DNA of 64,000 nucleotides from the NCBI GenBank assembly GCA_000091205.1, contig AP006502.2. One strand, given 5' to 3'. The notes under the pieces were generated by a model, which had not been told where the DNA came from, did not search any database, and saw nothing but the letters and a program-made list of their open reading frames with translations. The position numbers and the translations under genes are program-made. Position 1 is the first letter of the stretch, and every line of letters begins with the position of its first letter. Positions 22,314-34,204 of the stretch are shown here, piece after piece. Origin of the DNA: Cyanidioschyzon merolae (Eukaryota).

Positions 22314-25300
22314 CCAAAAGTTTTTTACCAAAAGGAATGTATCGTAAAGACAAAAGTCAGAGTGTTCGCGAAAGAGCCTTATGCTGTGTCTGCTAGATAG
22401 CAGAAATTGGCCTCACATGTGTTGGTCAGTCGTTGTCGGGTCAGCAGCAGCATGATCCCCGCTAATTTCAGTCCTTATTCTGAACATTGATCACTCAAAA
22501 CAGCATGTATCAAACGTGTTCCACGCGACCGTCTCCTTGTCAATCACTTCCATTGCATACGTTCGCCAGGAAATGCAGTCAGACAAGCCACCAGGTGTGA
22601 GAATTTCATATCCTAATTCTCTACGGTGATCAAGGGACACGGGTTGGCAGCGAATGCAGCACTGATACCGCAGAACATCCCGTGTTGAAAAACCCACCAA
22701 CTTTTTTTCGAACTACGACGCGAACTATTATTATGAAAGGACCATGTGTTCCTCTCACTCGATTACATGTCATTTGGACGAGCTGCTAGACCTCGATACG
22801 GCCAGTTAAATCAAGGCAAACCCATGTTTGTCAAGAAGAGACAAGCGAGCATTCGGACAACACCAGCCCTGGCAGTGTTCGAATCATGCGGTCGCCTGCA
22901 AATCGCCAAACGAACAGGGTCGTTCAGCACCTCTTCCTTCTTCGGAACATGCTTCGTGGCTTCTGCTTCCGCAATCTTCTGCCCTGGTCGTAGACAAGGT
23001 CGCTTTGCATCACCATAAAGCGGCAAAGGAGTATCCTGATAGGATAGGCTTTGAGCTGCTCTTCGTGCGACGCCATGCTCTCTGGTTCAGTCCCATTCAA
23101 GGCATGCGTATTGATGGCATACGCCTCTTCTGGTCTCGCGGATCACTAAACGGGGCCTATGCATCCGTGACACCGAAATATGCAATATAAAATATAGGAC
23201 TGCGAAGTTGCTTACTCATGCAAGTCTCGTCGAACTCCGTTCGCTTTGATGCACCTCGTCAAGCAACGATGAACAGCCGTTCCAGAGGCCCGACTGCCAG
23301 CGGCCCCATTCCTCAGAATACTTTCCATCAGACGCCCGTGCGACTACACATCTGATGCTCGGGACAGGAGATGCAAGCGGTCTGGTCATTGGATCAGCAC
23401 TTTGAACACGCACTTCCCAGAAAACCCTGACGCCTCGCTGCGACACCACGGCGATCGATAGACCCACAGCGCAGGTGCTCTGGAATCTCATGCCAACCTC
23501 GAGCCGAAAATCAAATGTTAATGAAAGACGAGCGCTTCGCATGGAGCGCCATGTGGGCGTCAGATCCTCGTCTTACTTGCCCAAACAAGTGGAGACAACT
23601 CGGAGCGGCGCCTCTGGTGTGGATCGAGGCAAATGACCAGTTGGTGTGAAAGAAATAAAAGTGGCAGCGACCTTGGGCGAGAGATGTCGCAACGAGAGTG
23701 CGCGTCGCTTCAGATCGTCTACGCCCGTGTGCTGCTCTCTGCTTCGCAATGATGGATGCCGTATTCCGAGAATAGATGAAATCTGGTGCCTGCTTTGCTT
23801 GCATTTTCCGCTACGGTATTTTCGTGGACCGAACCCGCCAGAAAGAAAGCAGATCCAAGCTCTCTATGCCTACGTCCTCGCTTTCTGAGGCAGTTGTTCA
23901 AAATGATCCCCTCTTTGCCAGACCGGGGCCCATTCGATTCCCGTCGACACTTGTTCCCTGTAATGTACACCCTGCTCCTTGGGGTGCTTCCGGTCTACAC
24001 AACCAAGTATGACGCGATCGAATCAATCCACATAGAGCATCGGCGCAGCTGGTTCAAAGTCTCTGGTTTACAGGGAGGAAATCGGAACCAGTCTACAACG
24101 ACGACAGAAACCGATGTCATTTCCATCTGCATGCATTTTGTTGTGAAACCTAGGCCTAACTCGACCAACGATACCCATTTTTTAACCGCTCAAGCCCGAT
24201 ACAGGGAAAAGCTTCGATAGATACGCGTGGATCCTGAGTTTCGGAACATCACACCCGCTACCGAGCGCTTCATAATCCAGGAAGTAGCCTAGGACACGGA
24301 CGGAAAGCAGATCAAGTTGTTCGACTTTTCCAAAACTCGATATTTCCCGAGTTGCCGCTCGACTGTAACGCGCGGAGGCGTACCAACAGGTGAACTGGCG
24401 GCGTCAGAGCCCAGCTCAACGCCCTGAGCACCGTTTCGAGCGGACACGGATGTTGTACGATTCATTCATACTGTACGTGGGCGTCCAAATGGCTCATGTC
24501 GATGACTTATGGCAGAAGGATATGCACTTGCGCTGGTGTCGGGAACGATCCCGGCTGTACGGAGGCAGCTAGCGTGTATCCACCGACTTTTCAATGCGTT
24601 GGAAACGCGTATGACCGATATGGCGCGTCGTTCGGTGGTGGCATCTTGCGCTGGACCTGTCGCAGAGCACAACGTCTGCAATCGTGCTCCTTCGACCAAC
24701 GTGTGCAACAAGCGTGCGGGCCGATTCTGCACGACTTTTATCGATGCGTCTAGAATGACATGACACACATCACGAACTTTTGTGCGCGAAGACGCTTTTA
24801 GAAATGAAGAGCGTGAAATAGCGCCGGATGCATGAGACGATGTATAGGGCAGGCTGGCCGAACCTCAGATGGCGAGGCACTCGTATATGAGAGGCTCGGT
24901 ATGGTGGGGCTTCACAGGCAACAACGCTTGCCAGTAGGTTCTCAACGGAAACTCTAATGCTTCGGTGAACATCTGGAAATATCTCGTGCTTTCGAAGAGA
25001 TTCGGGCGGGTTCGTATCTAGCGAACGTTCCAGGTAAGCATATAATGCGAGCGCGGGCACGATGCTGAGACGCTGAAGACGTGCGATGACAAAATTTATC
25101 CAGCCAGGAGACAGGGACAGAGAACACTGGATTCTTGCCTGGTGCGACGCACTCTAGCGGCACGTCTCAGCAATCCAGAACGGCTCTAACGCCGCGTATA
25201 TACAACGGGAAATGTTGTCCTTGGCAATTGGTGTGAATGATTACGGCGTTTCGTTATTCAGCATTACCAAATATATCCTATCTGATTCCAAATACATGTC

Positions 25301-25351
25301 ATCATCGGAGCGATCGTGAAAGTGGATGCGTTTCCGCATTTTACCGTATGG

Positions 25352-26248
25352 CTAGAACTGCGTAGGGTACGTCGGTGCTTCGCCAGGCAGCGCAGACTCG
25401 AACGCACCAGCAGACGCTTCCCAGCTCGAAACAGCGGCTTCATGCGGGACTGCTGCGGCGCTCCACTCCGTTGGGCCAACAGCGTATGCACCCATCGTCA
25501 TCATCTCGCCAAAGTTTCCCCCAGAGAACATATCAGCTGGACCGGGAACCGTAGATGCTGCTGCTGCCGCCGCCGCAATCGCTGCTGCCTCCGCCTCTCG
25601 TGCTGCCGCGGCCGCTTCTTCCTCCTTCTTCACTTCTTCAATATCTCGGTAGAAGAAGAGGTCCACCATAACATCCCAGTCGCCAGTTGCGGGAATTTCA
25701 CCGCGCAGGCGCAACACCTGCCGACAAAGCAGGTACCACATCAGTGCGATGCTCGCCCTGGACTTGTTATTGCACGGAATCGCGACGTCGATCAGCTGTA
25801 AAGGCGAGTCTGTATCACAAAACGCAATCGTGGGGATATTCGCATAGGCCGCTTCCCGCACAGGCTGTGCGTCTACGCGTGGATCAGTGACGATCAACAA
25901 ACGCGGTTCAGTGAAACGCCGCTCCATCTGGTTCGTAAGCTGACCCGGCGTCCAGCGGCCTGCGCAAGCTGTCGCACCTGTATACTGCGCGAACTTGAGC
26001 ACCGCTCGCTGCCCATACGGCCTCGCCGACACGGCCACCACGTCTGCCGGCGTGTCCACTGCTGCAACTATTCGTGCTGCAAGTTGCAGTTTCTCCCAGG
26101 TTTTCGAGAGGTCAAAAATATGCACACCGTCCGCTCTCCGCTTAAATACATATGGAGACACGAGACAGTCACAGTTTTTCGTACCAAGGTGCGTGTTGCA
26201 CGCGAGCATTTTCGCAATGTCGTCTTGACGCGAGGCTAGCGTCGCCAT
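25352..26248 (-). CDS. RPSA: 40S ribosomal protein SA (uS2 / RPSA / laminin-receptor type) with Ala/Glu-rich C-terminal extension.
   Basis: [69 protein letters not shown] conserved blocks; start at MATLASRQ. Confidence 0.9.
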   Translation of the reverse strand: MATLASRQDDIAKMLACNTHLGTKNCDCLVSPYVFKRRADGVHIFDLSKTWEKLQLAARIVAAVDTPADVVAVSARPYGQRAVLKFAQYTGATACAGRWTPGQLTNQMERRFTEPRLLIVTDPRVDAQPVREAAYANIPTIAFCDTDSPLQLIDVAIPCNNKSRASIALMWYLLCRQVLRLRGEIPATGDWDVMVDLFFYRDIEEVKKEEEAAAAAREAEAAAIAAAAAAASTVPGPADMFSGGNFGEMMTMGAYAVGPTEWSAAAVPHEAAVSSWEASAGAFESALPGEAPTYPTQF

Positions 26249-26415
26249 TTTGCGTGTTCCTCGCAGCGGCCGCCCCGACGTTCCAGTCACCGCAGAAACC
26301 GAAGATGTCCTAGAGAAGAGACGTGTGGTGCTGCGCTGATCAGCGCTAGAGTAAGCACCTTTTTACCGATTTATCCTCTGTTGGCAAGTGAGCACGCTTT
26401 AGAGGATGCTGTCCA

Positions 26416-27717
26416 GTGCACGTACGCACCCGCGTCTACACCCAGCGACTTGGGAAACGCTGCCCCGATGAGCCTGGCTCATGTGGCTGGTCAAGAGCGG
26501 CCGCGCTCAGGGACGCCCGCCGCGACGCAGAAAAACTGTATAAAAAGGACATAACATGTCACGTGACCCACGAGTTTTGCCTTCTGAGGCACGGCAGGCG
26601 TGTCCGTTTCGCTTTGAGCTGTATGCGTCAGAGGTACCGGGTGGCAGTGCGAAACGCTCGATTCTTGCACCTACTTGTCCTGTTTGGGGTGTTTGTTGTG
26701 TCGTTAGCGATTTTATATGCGTCTTCTTTGACGCAGTTAGACGCTGGGAAGCAGGATACACGTTCTGCTGTAGCAGAAGCAGCGCGTGCCCAGCAGCGAC
26801 TTGTTCGACTGTACCGCAAAGCACTTTCGTTGGACGATCCCACGCACTGTACGTTCATCATAGGTGTGGGCCTGCAGCCGAGAGGACAAGACTTGCGCGG
26901 TCTTTTCCAGCATTTTGGTGCCGGCCGCTGGTTTCGGAAACCTCGCGTGTACTATTATGGCGGGCTCAGCGCGGATGCGCTTCGACTTGCCCACGGAGCG
27001 CGTCGTCGTGCTTCCCGGAGCGATATCCTATTTTCTCGTCCGGAGCGTGATGGCGCTATCGACGGCGTGATAGGCTGTGCTGTATCGCACCTGCTTGCTG
27101 TACGCAGCGCTCTGCAGCGCGGCTGCAAAACAGCGTTGTTTTTGGAAGATGACACATCTCTGGGCCTTGTGCGCTACTGGGACAAGCCCGTGGCGGCCGC
27201 TATTCACGATTATGCCTCTGATGAGTATCCGGTGCTACAAATGGAGCTCAAACTCCGTTCCTTTCTGGAACGGGGCGATTCGGGAGCGCTCGGTCTCGAG
27301 CACCTTCCCGTTCGATGCGGTTGGCGCCACACTGTGCCGCACCGCTTCAAAGTAACGTATGGAACGGGTGCCTACGGCATGTTGCGTACTGGCATGGAGC
27401 GGACGCTACAGCGTTTCACTGCCAATGAGGCGTTCGCAGGACGTGCTCGTGCCTCCCATCTGGGACCGGTTGATGTGTCCAAGGTCATTGCGGCAGGCGG
27501 TCACGCCGACGTTTACGTGATTTTGAACGCGACAACGACGAAAGTGCTCTGGCCTCCGTACTTTCACGAAGCGTTCGACTCAAAAAGTATCGTTCGACCC
27601 CGAGAGGGACGCGGAAACTCCCACCAGCCCCAGCACATCGCCTCTGCTAGATACGCAATCAAGGCGAATATGCGCTGGGCGGAGGCTTGTCGAGAGTACG
27701 TCCTCGAAAATGAATAG
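26416..27717 (+). CDS. Putative glycosyltransferase family 25 (LPS/collagen beta-galactosyltransferase-like) type II membrane protein. Tentative.
   Basis: N-terminal transmembrane segment LHLLVLFGVFVVSLAILYA. GVIGCAVSHLLAVRSALQRGCKTALFLEDD resembles the GT25 G..GC.lSH....a.I.EDD signature. Confidence 0.5.
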   Translation: MHVRTRVYTQRLGKRCPDEPGSCGWSRAAALRDARRDAEKLYKKDITCHVTHEFCLLRHGRRVRFALSCMRQRYRVAVRNARFLHLLVLFGVFVVSLAILYASSLTQLDAGKQDTRSAVAEAARAQQRLVRLYRKALSLDDPTHCTFIIGVGLQPRGQDLRGLFQHFGAGRWFRKPRVYYYGGLSADALRLAHGARRRASRSDILFSRPERDGAIDGVIGCAVSHLLAVRSALQRGCKTALFLEDDTSLGLVRYWDKPVAAAIHDYASDEYPVLQMELKLRSFLERGDSGALGLEHLPVRCGWRHTVPHRFKVTYGTGAYGMLRTGMERTLQRFTANEAFAGRARASHLGPVDVSKVIAAGGHADVYVILNATTTKVLWPPYFHEAFDSKSIVRPREGRGNSHQPQHIASARYAIKANMRWAEACREYVLENE

Positions 27718-28343
27718 TGTATTTTTGTACAACAATCAAGCTGGTGACTCGAAAAACAAAACTAGACAAGACGGTGAACGGTGCCGCCCGATGATGTCGA
27801 CGACCGAACGCGGGCACTGCACCCGTCCCGAAGCTCGCGACGCCAGCTCTTGCGCATAGGAAGAAGCGTGCGAAACATTCATGTATCTGGGTGACGAGAT
27901 CACGTTGGAAGAGCAGCTCATGATTCGCAAAACATCGCCTGCTCGAGTTCGAACAGGATACTGCGCGCGGTTTCCGATGCACAGCGCTTTTGGGACCGGA
28001 GCCGAACGTACAACTGCATCATCAGATAGCTCTGGGAACCGTGGTGAACGGATCGCTTTCTACGTTTAGAGGCGCTGCCAATAGCACAGCATAAAACCAA
28101 AATCGGCTGAGGACACTCGACCTGCGCATGCCACGCATCTAGCAGGGTTGTTCACTGGCTCGCATCGAGCGCACTAAAGGCTTCTCGTGCGATACGTGCT
28201 TCGAGCAAGCCTCGAGCACGCTTTTCGACTCTCGTTCCGGTGAGATTTCCACCAGCGTGGGTGCTTGCATAGAAGCATCCCTCTACATGATATCCACAGC
28301 GGACACGCACATCTAGAAAACAGAGACATTGGCTCAGTGTTTT

Positions 28344-29588
28344 CTAGGAGAGCTCTTCCATAATTGCATCCATTTTTTCGATGACTGCAGCTGTGAACTG
28401 TTTCGTGGTCGCCTTGCCGCCCATGTCAGGAGTGCGTATATCCGTCTCCTGGTACACTGACATCACCGCGTCCTGAATAAAATCGGCGAAATCAAACATT
28501 TTCAGGTAACGCAACATCATGACGCCAGCGAGGATCGTTGCGGTCGGGTTCGCGATTCCCCGCCCCGAGATGCCCTTGCCAGCGTGTCGCACGCCCTGCT
28601 CGAACATGGCACCACTAGGGCCGATATTTGCGCCGGGAAACAGCCCCGTGCCGCCACCTAGACTTGTCGCTACGCTACCAACGATGTTTCCGTAAAGGTT
28701 CGGCAACAGTACAACGTCGAATTGCTCGGGGTTGCTCACCATTCGCATACAGGTCGCATCAACAATCATGCTTTCAAACTCGATAAAAGGATACTTGGAA
28801 GCAACATGTCGTGCGCATTCCAAAAAGAGACCATCCGCCGACTTGAGAATATTTGCCTTGTGAACACAAGTCACTTTCTTACGGTTATTTCGCATCGCAT
28901 AACGAAACGCGTACTCCGCAATGCGCAACGAGTGCTCCTCGGTCACAATCTTGAGCGACTCCACCACACCGTCGACGGCCGAGTGCTCGAGACCGCTGTA
29001 CTCCCCTTCCGTATTCTCTCGAACTAGAACAATGTCGATATCGTCGTATTTGGCCTTGACGCCCGGCATCGGGAACACGTGAACCACGTTCGCGAAGAGA
29101 TCGAATCCCCGCCTCAGGAGGATATTGATCGATGTGCCCTTGAAACCATAAGGTGTGTGAAAGGGTCCTTTCATCACTAGTCGATTTCGATTTACTGCAT
29201 CAATCACGGATGCTGGCAAGCCCTTCTCTGGCTCGGGAATATGATAGGTCTCGAACTCGACGGGTACATGTGCGGCCTCGAAAACCGCTACCAAAGCCTC
29301 CATGCACTCGGGCCCGATACCCTCGCCCGGCAGCATCGTTATCAGTTTCGTGTCGCCGACAGCAGTTGCCGCTGGATACACGTTATAGACATCGCCGTCG
29401 ATCGACGTTGGCGAGATAATCGGCGAGCCCTGCCGAAGCGCCGGTGACACAAAGCGACGTACGTCGGTGATATCGTGGCCCTGCGCTGAGCCACTCACAA
29501 ATCTACGCAAAAACTGCCCTCGACACAAAGTGTCCAGCGTGCACTTTCGAAAACACGTCGCAGCTTGACGAAGAAGTGTGTGCACCAT
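28344..29588 (-). CDS. IDH: NAD-dependent isocitrate dehydrogenase subunit (IDH3-like), mitochondrial.
   Basis: Strong collinearity with IDH3 alpha: LPGEGIGPE, VRENTEGEYSGLEH, HKANILKSADGLF, LPNLYGNIVGS, IANPTA..LAGVMMLR, TPDMGG; N-terminal presequence-like region. Confidence 0.85.
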   Translation of the reverse strand: MVHTLLRQAATCFRKCTLDTLCRGQFLRRFVSGSAQGHDITDVRRFVSPALRQGSPIISPTSIDGDVYNVYPAATAVGDTKLITMLPGEGIGPECMEALVAVFEAAHVPVEFETYHIPEPEKGLPASVIDAVNRNRLVMKGPFHTPYGFKGTSINILLRRGFDLFANVVHVFPMPGVKAKYDDIDIVLVRENTEGEYSGLEHSAVDGVVESLKIVTEEHSLRIAEYAFRYAMRNNRKKVTCVHKANILKSADGLFLECARHVASKYPFIEFESMIVDATCMRMVSNPEQFDVVLLPNLYGNIVGSVATSLGGGTGLFPGANIGPSGAMFEQGVRHAGKGISGRGIANPTATILAGVMMLRYLKMFDFADFIQDAVMSVYQETDIRTPDMGGKATTKQFTAAVIEKMDAIMEELS

Positions 29589-30462
29589 TGCCCTTGGGTA
29601 CAGGAAAAAGACCCGATCGCAACTGACCCGTGGTACGCTTTGTCGCGCTCGCCGGGGTTCGACGCTCGCACCAGCTTCGACTCAGCACGGACGCAGAACT
29701 CGTAGAGTCTCTCCCGAGACTGTTTTGACGGTGCTCTGAATTAGCGGATCAGGGTTCGTTGGCTTCGATTAGGGGAAAATCTGCCACTTGATCCCGTTCT
29801 AGAAAAGCGAACGCGAACGCGCTACCACCGTTGTGCACCAATAGGCACGGGGTGGCGTTCGAGCATGCCGTCCCGGGCGTTGCAACGTTCGCCGATAATG
29901 TGTCAAACTTTGTTGGCGCTTTTTCTTACCAGGAAAGTCAACGAAAAATGGATACCCAGGGTGGTTTTTAAAAGTAGGGCCAAATCAGTGAGCTATTTGC
30001 GATAGCTGACCCTTGTGCTGGAAGTCTGGAAGAACACTTGCAGTTAGAGGCCGGGTCGTCTTCGAACAACTGTGAGAAATATGCATCGTTAAGCGACACG
30101 CTACAGAGAACGCTGGGAACCGCGTCAGTGTGCACCTGTACCTCTTTACTGTACAAGGCCTCAGCAACGTTGATGCAAGCCCTGATGAAGAGCTTGCTCG
30201 CTTTCGTCTACGCGTTTCACGGTCGTTCGAATGTTCGGAAATGGTCTGTGCGTTCACCCCGGACGCGGATTCCGTTGTAACCGTGATATGTTCTGGAAAG
30301 AAGGGACGCGACGAACTGGTGGCGGGCGCGTCTTCTTTTCTCTTTGCTATGATAAACGGAAACTGGAGCAACGAAAACCCAGGCGATCCGTTTCCAGCTT
30401 GTACTCGTTCTCTTCAGTACATTAGTGTTCGCCTGCACTGCATCTAGGTTTACAAAAAACGA

Positions 30463-31140
30463 AACAGTGAACTGCTCGTTCCGGTCCTGTATTTCCATTT
30501 GTTTCCGATCTTGTTCTTGATAAACAGCCTCAACAACCGTACAAGTGCAGTCAGGGCTTTCAGATTCATAGGTCGTTTGAGGTTGGTCGGTTGTCTGTTC
30601 AGAGAGGCGCTTTCAACGCACTGACGCTGGGATTCCCTATACCACCGGTATCAGGATGACTCGCGCCACTGCTGAACAGGGGTTCGTAAGAAACCGGACA
30701 CCATGATCGAAATCGAACGTGCAAGCCGCCAATCTTTTAATCTTCTTACGTGTGGCGTGCTTGGCTCACGCATGCTTCTAACTATCGATGTCTCCGTTTC
30801 GAAGCAACTCGTGAGCGCAACGAGCCACGCCAGTGACTGGACGACGAAAAAACTCGGCATCATTCTCTGACGACTCGGTTGCAAGCTCACGCCGAAAGTT
30901 CACGGAAAGTTTCACGTCGAAGAATCGACTTCGCCCGGAGCAGAAATCCTCCTCGCTTTGTGGCCATCGATGAAACGGCATTCGACGGCACTAGCATCTC
31001 GATGCCTCTCAGGGGGTATGCTCCAAGAGGCTCCCCGTCTCTTCTATTTGCATGGAAATGGATTTTGGACTCGGACATGAGTCACCTACGTAATCCATTC
31101 CAATGCAGAGTGCGTCTCCGCTCTACATACACGTAGCGTA
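30463..31140. repeat. Dispersed repeat family, copy B. Core 30463-31025 is ~98% identical to copy A; the 3' extension to ~31250 is shared at lower identity with copy C.
   Basis: Direct sequence comparison with 21748-22313 and 37400-37700. Confidence 0.9.
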
Positions 31141-31922
31141 GACGGACCGAAATCTCTCGACGTTCTCTCGGGCCTGGATTTTGCCTCCAGTACCTGTATC
31201 ATCATGGAGAACGTCGTGTTCCCACGATTCTCTACCGAATCTATAAAGCATGTGCGTGCTCTTCGATCTGATATACTGCTCGCCTGAAAGGATGTCCCAG
31301 ATGAAGCGCGTGATCTTCACGTTCGGCACCGGGAGCTGCTACGGAGGTAGAACATTCAGGCAAGCCTTCTGGAGCCGTCGAGGACACGTGCCGAGCATTG
31401 AAGCAAACGCTCACGCAGCACACGTCAGCGCTAAGAGGAACTGGTTTGGCAGGCACGTATCGAACACCTGACCACAGCCAAATGTCACCACTGCAAAGAA
31501 GGGCACATCGAGCCTGCGTCCAAAGAAAATGAACAAGTAGATGCCGTGCATCGATCCCGACTAACTTCTATCCATGAAATGCGATGACCACATCGTAAAC
31601 AGGAAACTCGGGCTATGAGCACTGCAATCCCAATCCCTGGACTGTTGACATCGTATCTGAAGCGAAAGGAGCGACCTGCCGACTGAACGCCGAACTTCAG
31701 AGAAACGGGAAAAGATCGCAATCGCGGGACGATTCCGCAACAACAGGCGCTCGTGACAAATAGAAGAGACCCAAACTTTCATGCAAATATCCTTGTTAGA
31801 CGACACGTTCCATTTTACGCTGACACAGGTGTAGCATCATACATCGGAACCCTACACGGACACGGTCAGAGTGCATACGCATCCAGGCGTGTGTCGCCAC
31901 CGTGCCTAATGGTATCGTGATT

Positions 31923-33239
31923 TTACAGGGCATTGAGAAACCCGTCGACATCATTTGCCGCTGCCGCTTCCTCAAGGCGTGCTACGTTCGCCTTGGGACG
32001 CGTACGTGCCAATTCTTTGAGCTTATTCTCATCATGCTCAGTGCCGCTCTCAATGAAAGTTCCAACAACATGACCGTCCTGATCAATCCAAACTGCAACA
32101 AGCTTTGGGTTCATTTCACCAACAACAATCGTCTTTGCTTGCGCCGGCGTATCTCCCCAAAACTTCCATGACAGGTGAAAAACTCTGCTGTAAAAGAAAG
32201 GCAGATAGTCATACGGCTCCGTGGTGGCTCCCATCATTACATCCACTGCATGCATGGCGGACTGTCTGGCGTGACCCACGTGCTCCACCCGTGCCATGCG
32301 GTTCCCGTACATTTTCAGGGGAAAGGTGATCACATCGCCAGCGCCGAACACATCAGCATGCGAGGTGCGTAGATGTCCGTCGACTTTGATCCCGCGAGCC
32401 TCCATCGCCAATGCCCCCTCAAGGAGCGTTGTCCGAGGCTTGGCACCGACACCTACCACGACGAGGTCCGCCTCGAGCACAGGGCCATTCTTCAGGCGCA
32501 CGTACTTCACTTGACCGCTTCCGTTCTCGTCAGCGAAAGAATCCACGACGGTGCCCTTGATGAAGTTCACTCCTTTCTGCGCATAGATGCGTTCATAATG
32601 TGCTGCAATCTCCGGAGTAAACAGGCGTGCCATCACGTGCGGCTCCGGGAATACCATCGTCACACGAACGCCGTTGATGACCAGCGCTGCAGTGCACTCA
32701 AGCCCAATGTAGCCTCCGCCCACAACAACTGCATGCTTGCCAGCGCACGCTTTCATGGCCTCGTAGAGTTTGTCGGCCTCAGCAATTTCTCGCAGGTAGT
32801 GGATGCCGCCGAGGTGTGCACCCTGCATGCCTAGCTCGTCGAGATGGAGCGCGTCCGATCCAGTTGCGATGAGGAGCTTTCCATAGCCGTATTTGCTGCC
32901 GTCCTTCGCCGTCAGACACTTCGAATTCAGATCACAGTCTACGATCTCGGTGGAGAGCAACAGATCGATGCCGTTCTTGGCGTACCAGTCCGGCGTCTGT
33001 GGTGCGCCACCGCCGGCAACGCAGGTGTGAAAGGCCGGTAAGCGCGTCGGCGGGTTCGCCGTCAGGTACGCCTTGGACAGCGCAGGACGCTCGTATGGTG
33101 CAACAGATTCGCGCGATATGACCGCTAGTTTGTGGCCGCTCAGTCCGTGCTTCTCAACAAACTGGCGCGCAGCATAACCAGCGGCGTTTCCCCCGCCGAG
33201 GATGACGTACTCATAAGACTTTACCGACGTGGCGCTCAT
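31923..33239 (-). CDS. MDHAR: Monodehydroascorbate reductase (NADH), plant/algal type FAD-dependent pyridine-nucleotide disulfide oxidoreductase.
   Basis: YEYVILGGGNAAGYAARQF, PYERPALSK, HAVVVGGGYIGLE, FGAGDV and overall length/collinearity with MDHAR; start at MSATSVKSYEY. Confidence 0.8.
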   Translation of the reverse strand: MSATSVKSYEYVILGGGNAAGYAARQFVEKHGLSGHKLAVISRESVAPYERPALSKAYLTANPPTRLPAFHTCVAGGGAPQTPDWYAKNGIDLLLSTEIVDCDLNSKCLTAKDGSKYGYGKLLIATGSDALHLDELGMQGAHLGGIHYLREIAEADKLYEAMKACAGKHAVVVGGGYIGLECTAALVINGVRVTMVFPEPHVMARLFTPEIAAHYERIYAQKGVNFIKGTVVDSFADENGSGQVKYVRLKNGPVLEADLVVVGVGAKPRTTLLEGALAMEARGIKVDGHLRTSHADVFGAGDVITFPLKMYGNRMARVEHVGHARQSAMHAVDVMMGATTEPYDYLPFFYSRVFHLSWKFWGDTPAQAKTIVVGEMNPKLVAVWIDQDGHVVGTFIESGTEHDENKLKELARTRPKANVARLEEAAAANDVDGFLNAL

Positions 33240-33580
33240 GACCAGGCAGCGCTTACAGACAGAGCTTAAACGCGTAGACCCCTTGACTTTAGGAGCTGAA
33301 ACACCTTTACCAAATAGCCTTTGGTGGTTTCCGAGCTTTTCCAGGAAACACACAAAGGAACTGAGGTGGCTTCGAGTCACCAGCCGGTGTACCTCGAGCA
33401 TGAAGCGGCAATGGACGCTTCAGGTAATGGTGCCGAACGCTCGGGATCTTGCGAATAGCGCTCGGGAGACTATTCGCGGTGTTGCCGCTGCGGCATTGCA
33501 ACACCAGTATCCATGTCATCCATGGGGGCACGTTGTTGCACTGAATCAGAGTTCATTGGAATGCGTAACAATAATAGTAG

Positions 33581-33860
33581 TCGTCGATCGTCAGAAGAGA
33601 CAGTCCTGCCATGCTCTGTTCTCGCGAAGCATTGATAGATTCGACCAGTACCCAACTGGATACGCAATGGTTGTCGATCGTCAGAAAACATAGTCCAGCC
33701 ATGCTCTTCTCTCGCGAAGCATTGGTAGATTCGACCAGTACTCAACTGGATACGCAATAGTTGTCGATCGTCAGAAAACATAGTCCAGCCATGCTCTTCT
33801 CTCGCGAAGCATTGATAGATTCGACCAGTACCCAACTGGATACGCAATGGTTGTCGATCG
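33581..33860. repeat. Tandem minisatellite, 90-bp unit x ~3.1.
   Basis: ttgtcgatcgtcag recurs at 33581, 33671, 33761 and 33851; units are >90% identical; it lies in the divergent intergenic region between MDHAR (-) and the HAT-repeat gene (+). Confidence 0.9.
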
Positions 33861-34204
33861 TCACCGGGGCGACTTTTGTTCGTTCCTCTTCGAGCATCAA
33901 CTTCTGCTCGACGCACTGCTTCCAATATCCAGACACCACAAACGCCCAAGGATCCAATGCTTGCTTTCTTCTTGGTCATACACTGCATCACCAAGAACGC
34001 GATAAACTTGGAACAGAAAGTGACATAGCAATCATCAGCAGCTGCTGTAGCTCCATAGAACGCTCGAACGCTGGTGAGGGCGCTCGAGCCGTGCGCTCAG
34101 CGCCAGCGGCAGTCGAGGCACCCGCAACATCGTCAACCGGCAACGGCAATCACCGCGTGCTCCCCTGAGACAGTTTTCACGGTTATACTGTATATATTGT
34201 CGTT

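Noticed and set aside
33581-33860. Regularly spaced direct repeats considered as a possible CRISPR-like array.
   Set aside because: The units are contiguous 90-bp tandem copies with no unique spacers, and the locus is eukaryotic nuclear DNA in a promoter region; this is a minisatellite, not CRISPR.
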